Source: Methanobacteriota archaeon (GTDB taxonomy: Archaea; Halobacteriota; Methanosarcinia; Methanosarcinales; Methanosarcinaceae). From it: a stretch of DNA of 24,000 nt. The notes beneath the pieces are model-generated. The model made no database searches. It had not been told where the DNA came from and saw only the letters and a list, made by a program, of their open reading frames with translations. Location: positions 1-24,000 of the forward strand of contig JAENYU010000041.1 of assembly GCA_016841625.1 (NCBI GenBank), read 5' to 3'. The position numbers were made by a program, and so were the translations under genes. Every line of letters begins with the position of its first letter. The first letter of the stretch is position 1. Shown piece by piece: positions 7,666 through 15,821 of the stretch.

Positions 7666-8328
7666 TTATAAGGCACTCTGGAAGGATACAGTATATACTA
7701 TGTACAGACTTAGAGCAAGTGCGATAAGTGTTTGAAAAGTTGTAAAATTTCTCATTCTGCTCGTGTCCCCGGTCACTTTCCTGTATACAGGGAGTCCTGG
7801 AGCGAGAGGAACCTTTTTTGTCGAAGCCCCAAATAACATGGCTCCAATGAATAGAAGTACTGTCGAAATGATCATTGTCTTAAAATAAAGAGGTTGTTCG
7901 GTAGGGTGTGTCATTCCTGAGACTAGCTTGACATCCGTATTAAAATCTGCATTACTTATTTTTATTTGGTGAATTCCAGATGATCTCGGGGTAAACACAG
8001 TAAAGTCATCTACATATGTTCCGGATTGATGGGCTTTTCCAAAACTTTTTTGCCAGGAATATTCTGCGTTTTGCGGGTCAATAATAGTGATGTCCAAAAG
8101 TTCCGATCTGGTTTTTTCTGTTGAAAAAATAAAAGTTACCGGTTCGTTTTCTGTAAACATAACACTTTCATCAATATCATTGGACGGTCCTATTGAAGCA
8201 CTTAAAACTTCTTCTCCTGTAATAGATCCTGCTACCATGACAGAAAGTATCAAAAATGCAAAATTGAATATGGCAATCAGGAAAATAATATTAATAATTG
8301 AGTTAATGGATTTTCCAATCACTGACAT
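7666..8328 (-). CDS. Hypothetical membrane protein (N-terminal signal-anchor, beta-rich ectodomain, two C-terminal TM helices)
   Basis: 220-aa ORF. GGTGG lies about 9 nt upstream of the ATG. The N-terminal hydrophobic segment is IINIIFLIAIFNFAFLILSVMVAG, and two C-terminal hydrophobic segments follow. I recognise no family. Confidence 0.5.
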   Translation of the reverse strand: MSVIGKSINSIINIIFLIAIFNFAFLILSVMVAGSITGEEVLSASIGPSNDIDESVMFTENEPVTFIFSTEKTRSELLDITIIDPQNAEYSWQKSFGKAHQSGTYVDDFTVFTPRSSGIHQIKISNADFNTDVKLVSGMTHPTEQPLYFKTMIISTVLLFIGAMLFGASTKKVPLAPGLPVYRKVTGDTSRMRNFTTFQTLIALALSLYIVYTVSFQSAL

Positions 8329-8528
8329 TTATTCCGCCACCTGAACATTTGAAAATAGATAATAATTGTCCTTGTGTACAAATAGGCAGCTATTACATAT
8401 AATAATTCCCACTGTTAAACAATCTTTAAAAATATCTCGTTCCTTGATAAAAATGGAACAATTATAGTCAAGGACCCAAATTCTTTCACCAATTTCAGGT
8501 GAAAGTTTAACCACAGAAAGCACCGAAA

Positions 8529-8573
8529 GCACGGAATTAAGGAAAATAAGGACACGATCCTTCCGTGCTTTTT
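8529..8573 (+). terminator. Orphan strong hairpin followed by T5
   Basis: GCACGGAA (8529-8536) pairs perfectly with TTCCGTGC (8561-8568), with an inner AAGGA/TCCTT option, and is followed by TTTTT (8569-8573). No plus-strand gene ends here. Confidence 0.3.
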
Positions 8574-8834
8574 GTGTCTTCCGTGGTTATAAAGTAAGTG
8601 TAAATATTTACTATTCCTGAATAGGGATATAAGCTCCTTTTCAACTCTTTTCAACCTTCATTTCCCATTTTCCGAACTCTTTCCCGCAGCCAGCTTGCTT
8701 ATCGCCTTTTTACAATACCCTCTGTGTTTTGTTCTTTTTCTCTTCAAGTTCTTCTTAACACGGAAAAAGCACCGAAGAAACCACAAAAGAATTTTAAAGA
8801 GAGAAGGGTAAGGAAACCCCTTCACTCAGGGAAT

Positions 8835-9824
8835 TTAGCTCTTCCTCCTGATGAGGTAGACGACTGCAAGGAGTCCGACAAGGCAAAGGACAATTCCAAA
8901 TCCAGGAGTTCCTTCTCCTTCTTCTCCCCCAGTGGTGTTGTTGCCTGCAGTTTCTTCTTCAGTTTCTTCTTCAGCTGGTTCTTCAGCTGGTTCTTCAGTT
9001 ACGTTCTCGCCTGGAGTTTCAGTTACGTTCTCGCCAGCCTGGGTTTCGTTCTCTCCTGTTTCGGTTTCATTCCCTTCAGGAAGCCCTGTGGTTTCGTTTA
9101 CTTCCCCGAGAATCCTCACAACGAATGGGAAGTACCTGAGTTCCTCGACAGGGGTGTCACCGATCATGAAGAACATGCCTTCAGCGATTTCTTCTTCAGA
9201 GCCCATGGTCAGGGTGAAGGTATTTTCATTGCTGATGCTAAGGGTATCTCCCTGGATTGAAACATCGTCGAGCTTACCGAATTCGTCATCAGACTCGATG
9301 GTCATTGCGTTTGCATAGTCAATGAGCCAGATACCTTCGATCTGGGCAATACTGTCGACCGCACCCTGGAAGACCTGGTTGACGTGGACTCTGAGGACAA
9401 CAACATCATCTTCGCCCTCGATATCATCGAGTTCGACGTCCCAGGTTTTGCTGGTATTGTTGCCTCCCGTAGCGACTGAGATAATTTCATCGTCTACATA
9501 TTCTCCGTCCCTGTTGAACTGGAGCCAGACTTTCTCCCCGTTAACATCAACCTGCTTTGCCTCTAGAGTGTATCCCTGCCCGAGCTCAAGAGTTTCCCCG
9601 GTTCTGAGGGTGTACTTATCATCACTGTCAAGGACGAGCCTGGAAAGTTTATCAGCTCTGTCAGGTTTGAGTGGGACGGCTATCTGTGCGCCGAAACCGA
9701 TCATGCTGTAGTTGTCCCAGCCAGCAGCCGGGTTTTCGTATTCGTATCCAACCGGCATAATCATGGTTATGTAAATGAGGCCTCCCTCTCCAATGACGTT
9801 GTTTTCAGTGCCCGGAACAACCAA
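8835..9824 (-). CDS. S-layer-family duplication domain (DUF1608-type) protein with PGF-CTERM anchor, probably 5'-truncated
   Basis: KLSRLVLDSDDKYTLRTGETLELGQGYTLEAKQVDVNGEKVWLQFNRDGEYVDDEIISV...VVVLRVHVNQVFQGAVDSIAQIEGIWLIDYANAMTIESDDEFG is typical of the Methanosarcina S-layer domain. The C-terminus is a Glu/Thr/Asn-rich linker with at least 6 N-x-T sequons followed by PGFGIVLCLVGLLAVVYLIRRKS (PGF-CTERM). The ORF opens right after a TAA with only a TTG start. It has no signal peptide, and the first part of the domain is missing. Confidence 0.7.
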   Translation of the reverse strand: MVVPGTENNVIGEGGLIYITMIMPVGYEYENPAAGWDNYSMIGFGAQIAVPLKPDRADKLSRLVLDSDDKYTLRTGETLELGQGYTLEAKQVDVNGEKVWLQFNRDGEYVDDEIISVATGGNNTSKTWDVELDDIEGEDDVVVLRVHVNQVFQGAVDSIAQIEGIWLIDYANAMTIESDDEFGKLDDVSIQGDTLSISNENTFTLTMGSEEEIAEGMFFMIGDTPVEELRYFPFVVRILGEVNETTGLPEGNETETGENETQAGENVTETPGENVTEEPAEEPAEEETEEETAGNNTTGGEEGEGTPGFGIVLCLVGLLAVVYLIRRKS

Positions 9825-10283
9825 GGATTATGCCCGTTATCATGGTCAAAAAAAGACTCAGAAACGGGTTCTGATTCTCAGAAGTGATAAAACTGATCGC
9901 AGCCACAGCAAGAGCAGCGCCAATAGGGTCTATAATGATACCTTCCCACAGCAACACCGAAGCTACCGGTTCCCTGGGACGGGCAAAGCTGAGAATCGGC
10001 CCCACCACTGTGGGACCGGACACCACCAGCAAAGCAGATAGGATAAATGCCAGCTTAAAAGAGACATCAAGCAGTAAAAGCACAGCCCCGATGCCTATGC
10101 CCAGTGTTACACCCCAACAATGACCAGACGCCAGACAGCGGTGCTCATACCGGGCTGTGAATTTTTCAGACGGAGCTCAAATCCGCCTCTGCGTACTACA
10201 CTCTTGCTTAACAGCATTACTACGCGGTCGCGGAAAATCTCACTGGTTTTTTCAATGACCGGGGTTTCGCTGATGCTGCACAA
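9805..10283 (-). pseudogene. Frameshifted, doubly truncated relic of a CPA1/NhaP-type cation:proton antiporter
   Basis: Two minus-strand frames join around 10108-10120. One reads ...DRVVMLLSKSVVRRGGFELRLKNSQPGMSTAVWRLVIVGV*. The other reads GVTLGIGIGAVLLLLDVSFKLAFILSALLVVSGPTVVGPILSFARPREPVASVLLWEGIIIDPIGAALAV. This resembles TM3-TM6 of Na+/H+ antiporters. No N-terminus or C-terminal half is present. Confidence 0.45.
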
Positions 10284-11534
10284 TCATTTTGCCTGTAATT
10301 TGAGCTTCTGCTCCTTTGCCACAAAGGTCCGCAGGAGAGACAGCGAGATATGTGCAGTAACAACGGCAAGGCCAACAGGAGCCATGGCGATGGGACCAAT
10401 GCCAACCGTGCCGGCCGCTATCAGTACCAGGGAAACCGGTGCGCTCAGGAAAGCACCCGGTACCGCCGCCAGCATAGCTCCAACACACAGTGCAATGGGG
10501 AGATCAGGGAAAATGCTGTGTACCAGGAGCCCCGCTGTTCCACCAATAAAGATTATGGGAAAGACGATACCCCCCAAAAAGCCGCTTGATTCACTTAACG
10601 CCACTGCGAACATTTTGGCGATCAGGACGGCAACAAGAAAACCGAACCCGATTGTGGCGGAAATCTGAAGTTCGGTAGCAAGCTGGCTGCTGCCGGAGGT
10701 CGCCGTAAGAGGGAGGGCGAATGCGATCAGGCCGACAATTGCACCACCGATCGTACCAGCCACAAGAGGATTGGGGATGCGCGCGAATGCGGCTGAAACC
10801 ACCTTTCTAATGAGGATTAAGAGCAGCAGTACGAATGCGGACAACACACCGAGCAGTGCTCCTACCAGCAGATAACCGAAAGAAAACTCATACGCCGGAA
10901 GTGCATAGGAACCCAGCATCGTGCTGCCTGTCACGCCAAAAAAAATGGCAAATCCGACGGTTGCTCCGAACAGTTCGGGAATGAACGCGGCCAGATAGTT
11001 ACGCTTCGGGGTCGGCCCGAGTTCAGACGCCAGCACTGCCGCAAACAGGGGGGCGCTGAAAGCGGCTCCCATACCACTTACCATACCGGTTAACGCATAC
11101 TCATGCTTTGCCTCGTCATCACGTATTCCCAGGCGCAATGCAAGCCATGAGCCGATACCGCCACCCATCATGGTGAGGGCAAAAAACGGGCCCAGACTTG
11201 CGCCGGCAATGAGTGAAACTGCTGATATCGCAACCAGGGAGAGTACATTCCCCGGATCGACCCACGCCTGGTGAGCGAGTGTTATCGGATCGGTAACTTT
11301 TTCTGGAATCTTCCAGATTTTGCGCATCACGGCAACCGTAAGCCCCCCAAGGGCTGTCAATGGTATCCACCACCAGTTGCCGGTCCACCAATCAGTACCG
11401 GTGCCACTATAGAAAAAGTCACTTCCTGCACCTATAATTCCCATGAAAAGGAGAGCTGAAACTCCCCCAACCACTCCAATTAGTAGTGCAAGCACTAGAA
11501 GCTTTTTGTACCACGGTTTCTCAAGTGGAAGCAT
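10284..11534 (-). CDS. ClC (voltage-gated chloride channel) family membrane protein, non-canonical selectivity motifs
   Basis: 416-aa polytopic ORF with ClC-like blocks: IAGASLGPFFALTMMGGGIGSWLA, GMGAAFSAPLFAAVLASEL, GFLGGIVFPIIFIGGTAGLL. There are no CBS domains. The GSGIP and GxEGP motifs are not canonical. Confidence 0.65.
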   Translation of the reverse strand: MLPLEKPWYKKLLVLALLIGVVGGVSALLFMGIIGAGSDFFYSGTGTDWWTGNWWWIPLTALGGLTVAVMRKIWKIPEKVTDPITLAHQAWVDPGNVLSLVAISAVSLIAGASLGPFFALTMMGGGIGSWLALRLGIRDDEAKHEYALTGMVSGMGAAFSAPLFAAVLASELGPTPKRNYLAAFIPELFGATVGFAIFFGVTGSTMLGSYALPAYEFSFGYLLVGALLGVLSAFVLLLLILIRKVVSAAFARIPNPLVAGTIGGAIVGLIAFALPLTATSGSSQLATELQISATIGFGFLVAVLIAKMFAVALSESSGFLGGIVFPIIFIGGTAGLLVHSIFPDLPIALCVGAMLAAVPGAFLSAPVSLVLIAAGTVGIGPIAMAPVGLAVVTAHISLSLLRTFVAKEQKLKLQAK

Positions 11535-11959
11535 ATCTTACTCCTGTCAATCTCCAGACACTCTTACTGAATTCCCCAGGCAGCCAGGTGCAGTGGTAGG
11601 CAGCCTACGTGCGCAGATATTCCGGATTAAAAGGCTCGCGTTCCTTGAAATCAACTTCCAGGTTGAAAATGTGCAGGAAACATCCACAGGCTAATGATCG
11701 ATGCGCTTTGTGTCAGCGCCGTGCCGTGCACCGCCTCCTGAGGCGATATGAATGCTCTGTTCGTCCGATCAAATGGACGAGCAGAGCAGGTGTTCATTCA
11801 GGCTAATCCCGTCGATAAACTGGCAACCCGTCGGCGCGCGCCCTCGCTAAACTTCTTGAGTGCCGGTGGGGTCCAGGTCCTTTCCTGAGCGGCCTGTTCA
11901 GGGGCTTTTTGGCCCCATTTTTCGATCTTCCGTTAATTCACCACAACGGCGGAATCAGC

Positions 11960-13423
11960 TCATTTCACCTTCACAGGCCCTGGCATATTGTACGACCCGT
12001 CGATGATGGACATCTTCGGCCCGTAGAACCTTGCCGTGAAGCGGAAACCGCCTTCAGGTGCCGGAAGCCAGTTCTGAACCCGGGCAGGGTCGGAGGGTTT
12101 TTCGTGCTGGATGTAGATGGTGAGTTTTCCGTCTTCGATGTGAAGGTCTCCCCGGTCGACCATGAAACTGCTGATCGTGTAACGGTTGAGCTCATTGGCA
12201 ACAAAGTAGCCATCGGAATCGTAGATCGGGATGGACCAGAACTCGGTCACAGGCGGGAGGTCGTCCATGTCGAAGCTGAGGGTGTAGCTATATTTGCCGT
12301 CAAGTTTCTTGCCGTCGGCATCGATGAACAGGAAGCTTCCTACGTGAGAGATGTTGCTGTCGGGGCCGGCCCAACCCGCATCAGCCAGGACTGCCCGTGT
12401 CAGGTACTCGGTTTCAAAGCCCCCTTCGACGTTAAGAACCATCCAGCTGTTCATGGGCATCAGGCTTTCCTGCGTCGCTTTCTTGACCTTCTTGTAGCCG
12501 TTTATGAAACCCTCGGTAAGTGCATTCTGCATTTTCTGATCCAGTTCGGACCACTGGAAGTTCTTGCCGGGCCCTATTCCGATCTTCGACAGCCGGGAGA
12601 GCATCGCTGCTTCCTTTTTGGAGTCCTTCATTAACGGCATGCTGGGATCGTTAAGCACCAGGTTCATGTAGGTAAAAAAATCCTCTGCAGTCTGCCGGTC
12701 AACCTGTCTGGCAGTCAGTTCGGTCATGCGGGGAAATGTCCGGTAATTCCCGGATACGTCCTCCTGGTCTTTCCTGGGAACTCCCCGGTGTCCGTTGTCA
12801 ATCCATTTGCTCAATGGCGTGATGGTGCACTGGTCCTGCAAACCGTTGATATGGCGCACTTCCTCCTCACTTCCCTCCATCAGCGCGATCCTGATATTTG
12901 CAAAAGCCGTCATGCTGGGCGAATGAATCACTTCCGTCGTGGCAAAATCGGCCGGGATTTTCCCGCCCCAGAATTCCGGTACGATGAGATAAGTCCTGGC
13001 CCGGGTGCCGTTGAACTGGTTACCTGCGTACAGGAAGTAAATGCCGTACTGGTCCATGAGCTGCAGGCTGAAATAGCGGTCCGGGATCTCAGGCACTTCC
13101 ATGACCACAGGCTCCTCCAGCAGGTCAAGGAACGCCGTAGCGTAAAGTGTTGTGGCATTCGGTGTTACTATGGCCTTGAAATCGGGAGTAATTGGCTTAC
13201 CCTCGTTGACTAAAAAGTAGCGGTTAGTCCCCACATAGACGTCGCTGTCCTCTGCCTGGGTGTAATTGTAGCGCGTCTCGTAGAAAATGACCTGCTGTAG
13301 GCCGTAAAGATAGGCATCTTCCGCGATTACCGCCGCTTCGATCGTACCGCTTGCTTCGGGCGCACTGCCCGATACTTCCTTAAACTTCTGTGCAATCATA
13401 CTTCCCATAAAAATACCTCCCAT
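11960..13423 (-). CDS. DUF1254/DUF1214 domain-containing protein
   Basis: 487-aa ORF. The N-terminal half has the DUF1254-like EDAYLYGLQQVIFYETRY...PNATTLYATAFLDL. The C-terminal half has the DUF1214 signature FWSIPIYDSDGYFVANELNRYTISS...LTIYIQHEKPSD...NWLPAPEGGFRFTARFYGPK. Confidence 0.85.
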   Translation of the reverse strand: MGGIFMGSMIAQKFKEVSGSAPEASGTIEAAVIAEDAYLYGLQQVIFYETRYNYTQAEDSDVYVGTNRYFLVNEGKPITPDFKAIVTPNATTLYATAFLDLLEEPVVMEVPEIPDRYFSLQLMDQYGIYFLYAGNQFNGTRARTYLIVPEFWGGKIPADFATTEVIHSPSMTAFANIRIALMEGSEEEVRHINGLQDQCTITPLSKWIDNGHRGVPRKDQEDVSGNYRTFPRMTELTARQVDRQTAEDFFTYMNLVLNDPSMPLMKDSKKEAAMLSRLSKIGIGPGKNFQWSELDQKMQNALTEGFINGYKKVKKATQESLMPMNSWMVLNVEGGFETEYLTRAVLADAGWAGPDSNISHVGSFLFIDADGKKLDGKYSYTLSFDMDDLPPVTEFWSIPIYDSDGYFVANELNRYTISSFMVDRGDLHIEDGKLTIYIQHEKPSDPARVQNWLPAPEGGFRFTARFYGPKMSIIDGSYNMPGPVKVK

Positions 13424-13549
13424 TCATTGACTATCTGAACCCCACATTGAGAACGTGTCACTTCATGATATTATATTCCGATTTTTATAAAACGCTTTTC
13501 TGAAGTAGATTCCGTTTAGTGTCGAGAGGATCTCTTTTATTCCATCCCG

Positions 13550-13576
13550 GGACAAGCCGCTTCGCTCTGTGAGCGA
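13550..13576 (+). repeat. Copy B of the GGAnAAGCCGCTT hairpin element
   Basis: The sequence is ggacaagccgcttcgctctgtgagcga. It shares GGAnAAGCCGCTTCGCT with copies A and C. It can fold as TCGCTC / TGT / GAGCGA. Confidence 0.45.
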
Positions 13577-13586
13577 GAAAAAGAAT

Positions 13587-13671
13587 GGGAAAAAAGAAAG
13601 GGAAAAAGAAAGGGAAAAAGAAAGGGAAAAAGAAAGGGAAAAAGAAAGGGAAAAGGAAAGGGAAAAAGAAA
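13587..13671. repeat. All-purine 12-bp tandem repeat (GGGAAAAAGAAA) x7
   Basis: There are seven head-to-tail units: the first is 13 bp, the sixth is GGGAAAAGGAAA, and the rest are identical. The plus strand is 100% purine. The minus strand reads (TTTCTTTTTCCC)n immediately downstream of the GTPase gene. Confidence 0.95.
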
Positions 13672-13690
13672 GGGTGAAGTGAAACTGTTT

Positions 13691-13743
13691 CGGTTCTTCC
13701 AGCTACTCTGGTTCTTCCGGATACTCTGGCTCTTCCGGATCCT
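13691..13743. repeat. About 18-bp tandem repeat (CTGGTTCTTCCGGATACT) x3, imperfect
   Basis: The three units are cggttcttccagctact / ctggttcttccggatact / ctggctcttccggatcct. They lie directly between the purine repeat and the GTPase stop codon. Confidence 0.85.
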
Positions 13744-13754
13744 GATTCAGCTGC

Positions 13755-14519
13755 TCAAATCACAAGCTGGCCGCGCTGCCAATCATTGACAACCCTCACA
13801 GCCGCCCTCATCTCGTCAACCTCTCCTTTCTTCTTCAGGAAGTTGCACTGTATGCCTATCATTTCAAGCACGTCATAGGAGTTCTGGGCTTCAATTGTGA
13901 CGTGATAGAAGGCTTCAAGGGCGGGTTTGTTTTCGGCGCAGATCTTTTCGATTATTTTCAGGGCGACGCCGAGAGGGTCTTTCAGGTGGGTCGTATCCTT
14001 TACTCCGAGCAAGCCCTGGATGTATTCGTCATGTTCGTCGAAGGGGATCACACCGGGGGTGTCGATGAACATGATACGGGAGCCTGCGCCCACAAGCTGC
14101 AAACCTCTAGTGTGACCGGAAATTGAAGACGTACTGGCTTTGTTTTTCCCGGTCACGCTGTTGATTACCGAGGACTTGCCCGTATTGGGGTAGCCAAGAG
14201 CCCCTACCAGGATGTCCCTGTCCTTTATGCTTGCGACCTCCTGGATCTTATGTCTCAACATCGTTGTCCCGTTCTTATCCTTGCTGGACATAAAAACCGT
14301 AGGGGCGATTTTCGAGAGGATAGACTTGCTTTTCTCAAGTTTTTCATTTGAAACGAGGTCGCATTTGTTGAGGACTATTATAAACGGCTTCTTTGCCCGC
14401 ACCATATTCCGCTCGACCTCGCTGTTCCGGGTCTCGTCGGGAAAACGGGCGTCTATGACCTCAAGAAGGACGTCGGCTTTTTTTATGACGCCCTTTACCA
14501 TCAGCTTATAGCTTGTCAT
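13755..14519 (-). CDS. Circularly permuted GTPase (YlqF/YawG-RbgA class), ribosome-biogenesis type
   Basis: 254-aa ORF with permuted G-motif order: G4 NKCDL (aa about 51) comes before G1 GYPNTGKSS (aa about 109) and G3 DTPG (aa about 153). Confidence 0.85.
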   Translation of the reverse strand: MTSYKLMVKGVIKKADVLLEVIDARFPDETRNSEVERNMVRAKKPFIIVLNKCDLVSNEKLEKSKSILSKIAPTVFMSSKDKNGTTMLRHKIQEVASIKDRDILVGALGYPNTGKSSVINSVTGKNKASTSSISGHTRGLQLVGAGSRIMFIDTPGVIPFDEHDEYIQGLLGVKDTTHLKDPLGVALKIIEKICAENKPALEAFYHVTIEAQNSYDVLEMIGIQCNFLKKKGEVDEMRAAVRVVNDWQRGQLVI

Positions 14520-14540
14520 GAGGGGTGCTATGGCACGCTA

Positions 14541-14548
14541 TGATATAA
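14541..14548 (-). promoter_or_regulatory. TATA-box-like element for the GTPase gene
   Basis: The minus strand reads ccTTATATCAta, centred about 26 nt upstream of the ATG at 14519. That spacing suggests a leaderless mRNA. Confidence 0.35.
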
Positions 14549-15302
14549 GGGTGTGTAGCAAAGAGGGTTCATTTGGGTCCATTTAGCTTCGCTAGGTTCA
14601 CTTAGGATGCGTAGCGGTGTGGAGAACACCTTTCAAAAAAAAAGAAGTTCAAGGCTGCAATTGACTCTTATTCCATTACCATAATAACCAGCTACAAAGA
14701 TCTCTGGTGCGATTTTCGTAATCGAAGCCACCGGAAAATAGTGAATTCGTGAGATCAGCCGTATAATTTATTTTATTGGGTCTGCTGCCTTTCAGGGTAG
14801 GAGTCACGCAGTAGCAGTACTGCGGTTTTTCATCCGGGGGCTCTTTTTCGTTTTATCAGCAGAAATAAGGCGGCAAGCAGCCTGCAAGTCGACCGGGAGG
14901 AGCCGTTTCAGTAAAATAAAATGAATAAAGTTTCCCCTATTAAGTTCTACAGGTTTTCAGAGCTCTTAACGAGCACGGTTTTGGATAATTTCTGTTAAAA
15001 TCTCTTTATTTCCGTATACAGATCTGAATAAAAAAATAAATGCAATTTTCGGCTGGAAAGCCCGAGAAAAATTAACATCGTCACTTCTAAGATAGTTATT
15101 CTTGATTAAAAAATCATTCAATCTCTTAACAGGGATTGCGGGGTTCATTGATGCTTTATTGAATGTTCACAATTTCATTTGAATTTGTATATACAGCTGT
15201 ATTTATATTTCAATACATTCAAATTAGGTTCAGGTATGGAATTCACTCCGTGCCTTACAGTAAGAAAAAACAGGATAAAACATGATAAAACAGGAGGAAA
15301 AA

Positions 15303-15590
15303 ATGACCAAAAATGGCAGGTCACTCGCAAAGCTTGTGGCGTCCGTTTCTGTTGTTCTGATGCTTGCTGCCCTGCTCCCTTCGGGGGCTCTTGCAGGGCC
15401 CGGTGACGGAAAAGGTATGGGGGACATGGACCGTCTCAGGGACGGAAGCTGCACTCCCACCGAAACCACAGATCCCGTAATCCTTCAAAGCGGCATCTAC
15501 CAGCAGGATCGAGACAGGACAAATGACCGAACCGCTGATGACTGCGATGGGACACCGGACCGTATCAGGGACCACAAAGGGATTGTGTAA
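15303..15590 (+). CDS. Small secreted hypothetical protein (signal peptide, Asp/Arg-rich mature part with 2 Cys)
   Basis: GGAGG lies 5-9 nt upstream of the ATG at 15303. MTKNGRSLAKLVASVSVVLMLAALLPSGALA|GPGDG looks like a Sec signal peptide. The mature ~65 aa are rich in D/R/T (DRLRDGSC...DRDRTNDRTADDCDGTPDRIRD). Confidence 0.5.
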   Translation: MTKNGRSLAKLVASVSVVLMLAALLPSGALAGPGDGKGMGDMDRLRDGSCTPTETTDPVILQSGIYQQDRDRTNDRTADDCDGTPDRIRDHKGIV

Positions 15591-15680
15591 TTCAGGACCT
15601 GACTGAAAATCGGACTGAATAACCAATCCCAGGGATACCAAAAGGGTTCATATCCCGGTGTTTTGCTGCAGAAATTCAGG

Positions 15681-15712
15681 TTCCGGGAGGTCTTTCTTTT
15701 AAGCTCCCGGAA
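15681..15712 (+). terminator. Perfect 9-bp inverted repeat downstream of the small secreted protein gene
   Basis: TTCCGGGAG (15681-15689) and CTCCCGGAA (15704-15712) flank a T-rich 14-nt loop (gtctttcttttaag). Confidence 0.4.
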
Positions 15713-15821
15713 TGCATCAAATCTGCCGTCTGATTGAAGCCTTATTTTTTATTTATTCTTCTCTTTTCCTCGATTCTTTCTCATCAACTTTTTTCAGCAT
15801 CTGCATCCGCTATTTTGCACT

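Noticed and set aside
8329-8654. Minus-strand ORFs 8329..8532 (67 aa) and 8415..8654 (79 aa)
   Set aside because: They overlap each other in AT-rich spacer DNA, have no RBS or TATA context, and show implausible composition. I treated the region as non-coding.
8724-9711. Plus-strand ORFs 8724..9260, 8932..9318 and 9322..9711, and minus-strand ORF 9302..9490
   Set aside because: These are shadow frames of the S-layer-domain gene. The Ser/Phe-rich repeats simply mirror the Glu/Thr-rich linker on the other strand.
10120-10668. 182-aa plus-strand ORF and other ORFs overlapping the ClC gene (10220..10405, 10252..10488, 10350..10589, 11119..11391, 11271..11459)
   Set aside because: They overlap a polytopic membrane protein carrying ClC motifs. 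The translations are Arg/Pro/Thr-rich with no domain features.
11909-12634. 241-aa plus-strand ORF (also 12788..13213, 11971..12213 and 12928..13158)
   Set aside because: They are antisense to or overlap the DUF1254/DUF1214 gene, whose family signatures are unambiguous. Long open antisense frames are expected in G+C-richer coding DNA.
13587-13671. Possible CRISPR array (also considered for 22381-22592 and 22867-22941)
   Set aside because: The repeats are directly abutting with no unique spacers. The units are 12-35 bp without CRISPR-like repeat-spacer periodicity, and no cas genes are present in the window.
14807-14830. 7-bp stem hairpin (CGCAGTA/gcag/TACTGCG) plus T5 with a TATA-like box about 45 nt upstream, as a possible tiny RNA gene
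   Set aside because: The implied transcript would be only about 35 nt, and I see no conserved structure or family resemblance. The support is too weak to call a feature.
14966-15148. 60-aa minus-strand ORF in the 760-bp GTPase/secreted-protein intergenic region
   Set aside because: It sits at the minimum length, has no recognisable motif and no convincing RBS. It may be a small gene, but the sequence alone gives no support.
15179-15641. Alternative ORFs 15179..15406 (+), 15230..15469 (-), 15321..15641 (-) and the longer 15282 start
   Set aside because: The frame starting at 15303 has a GGAGG RBS and a clean signal peptide. The competing frames lack both.
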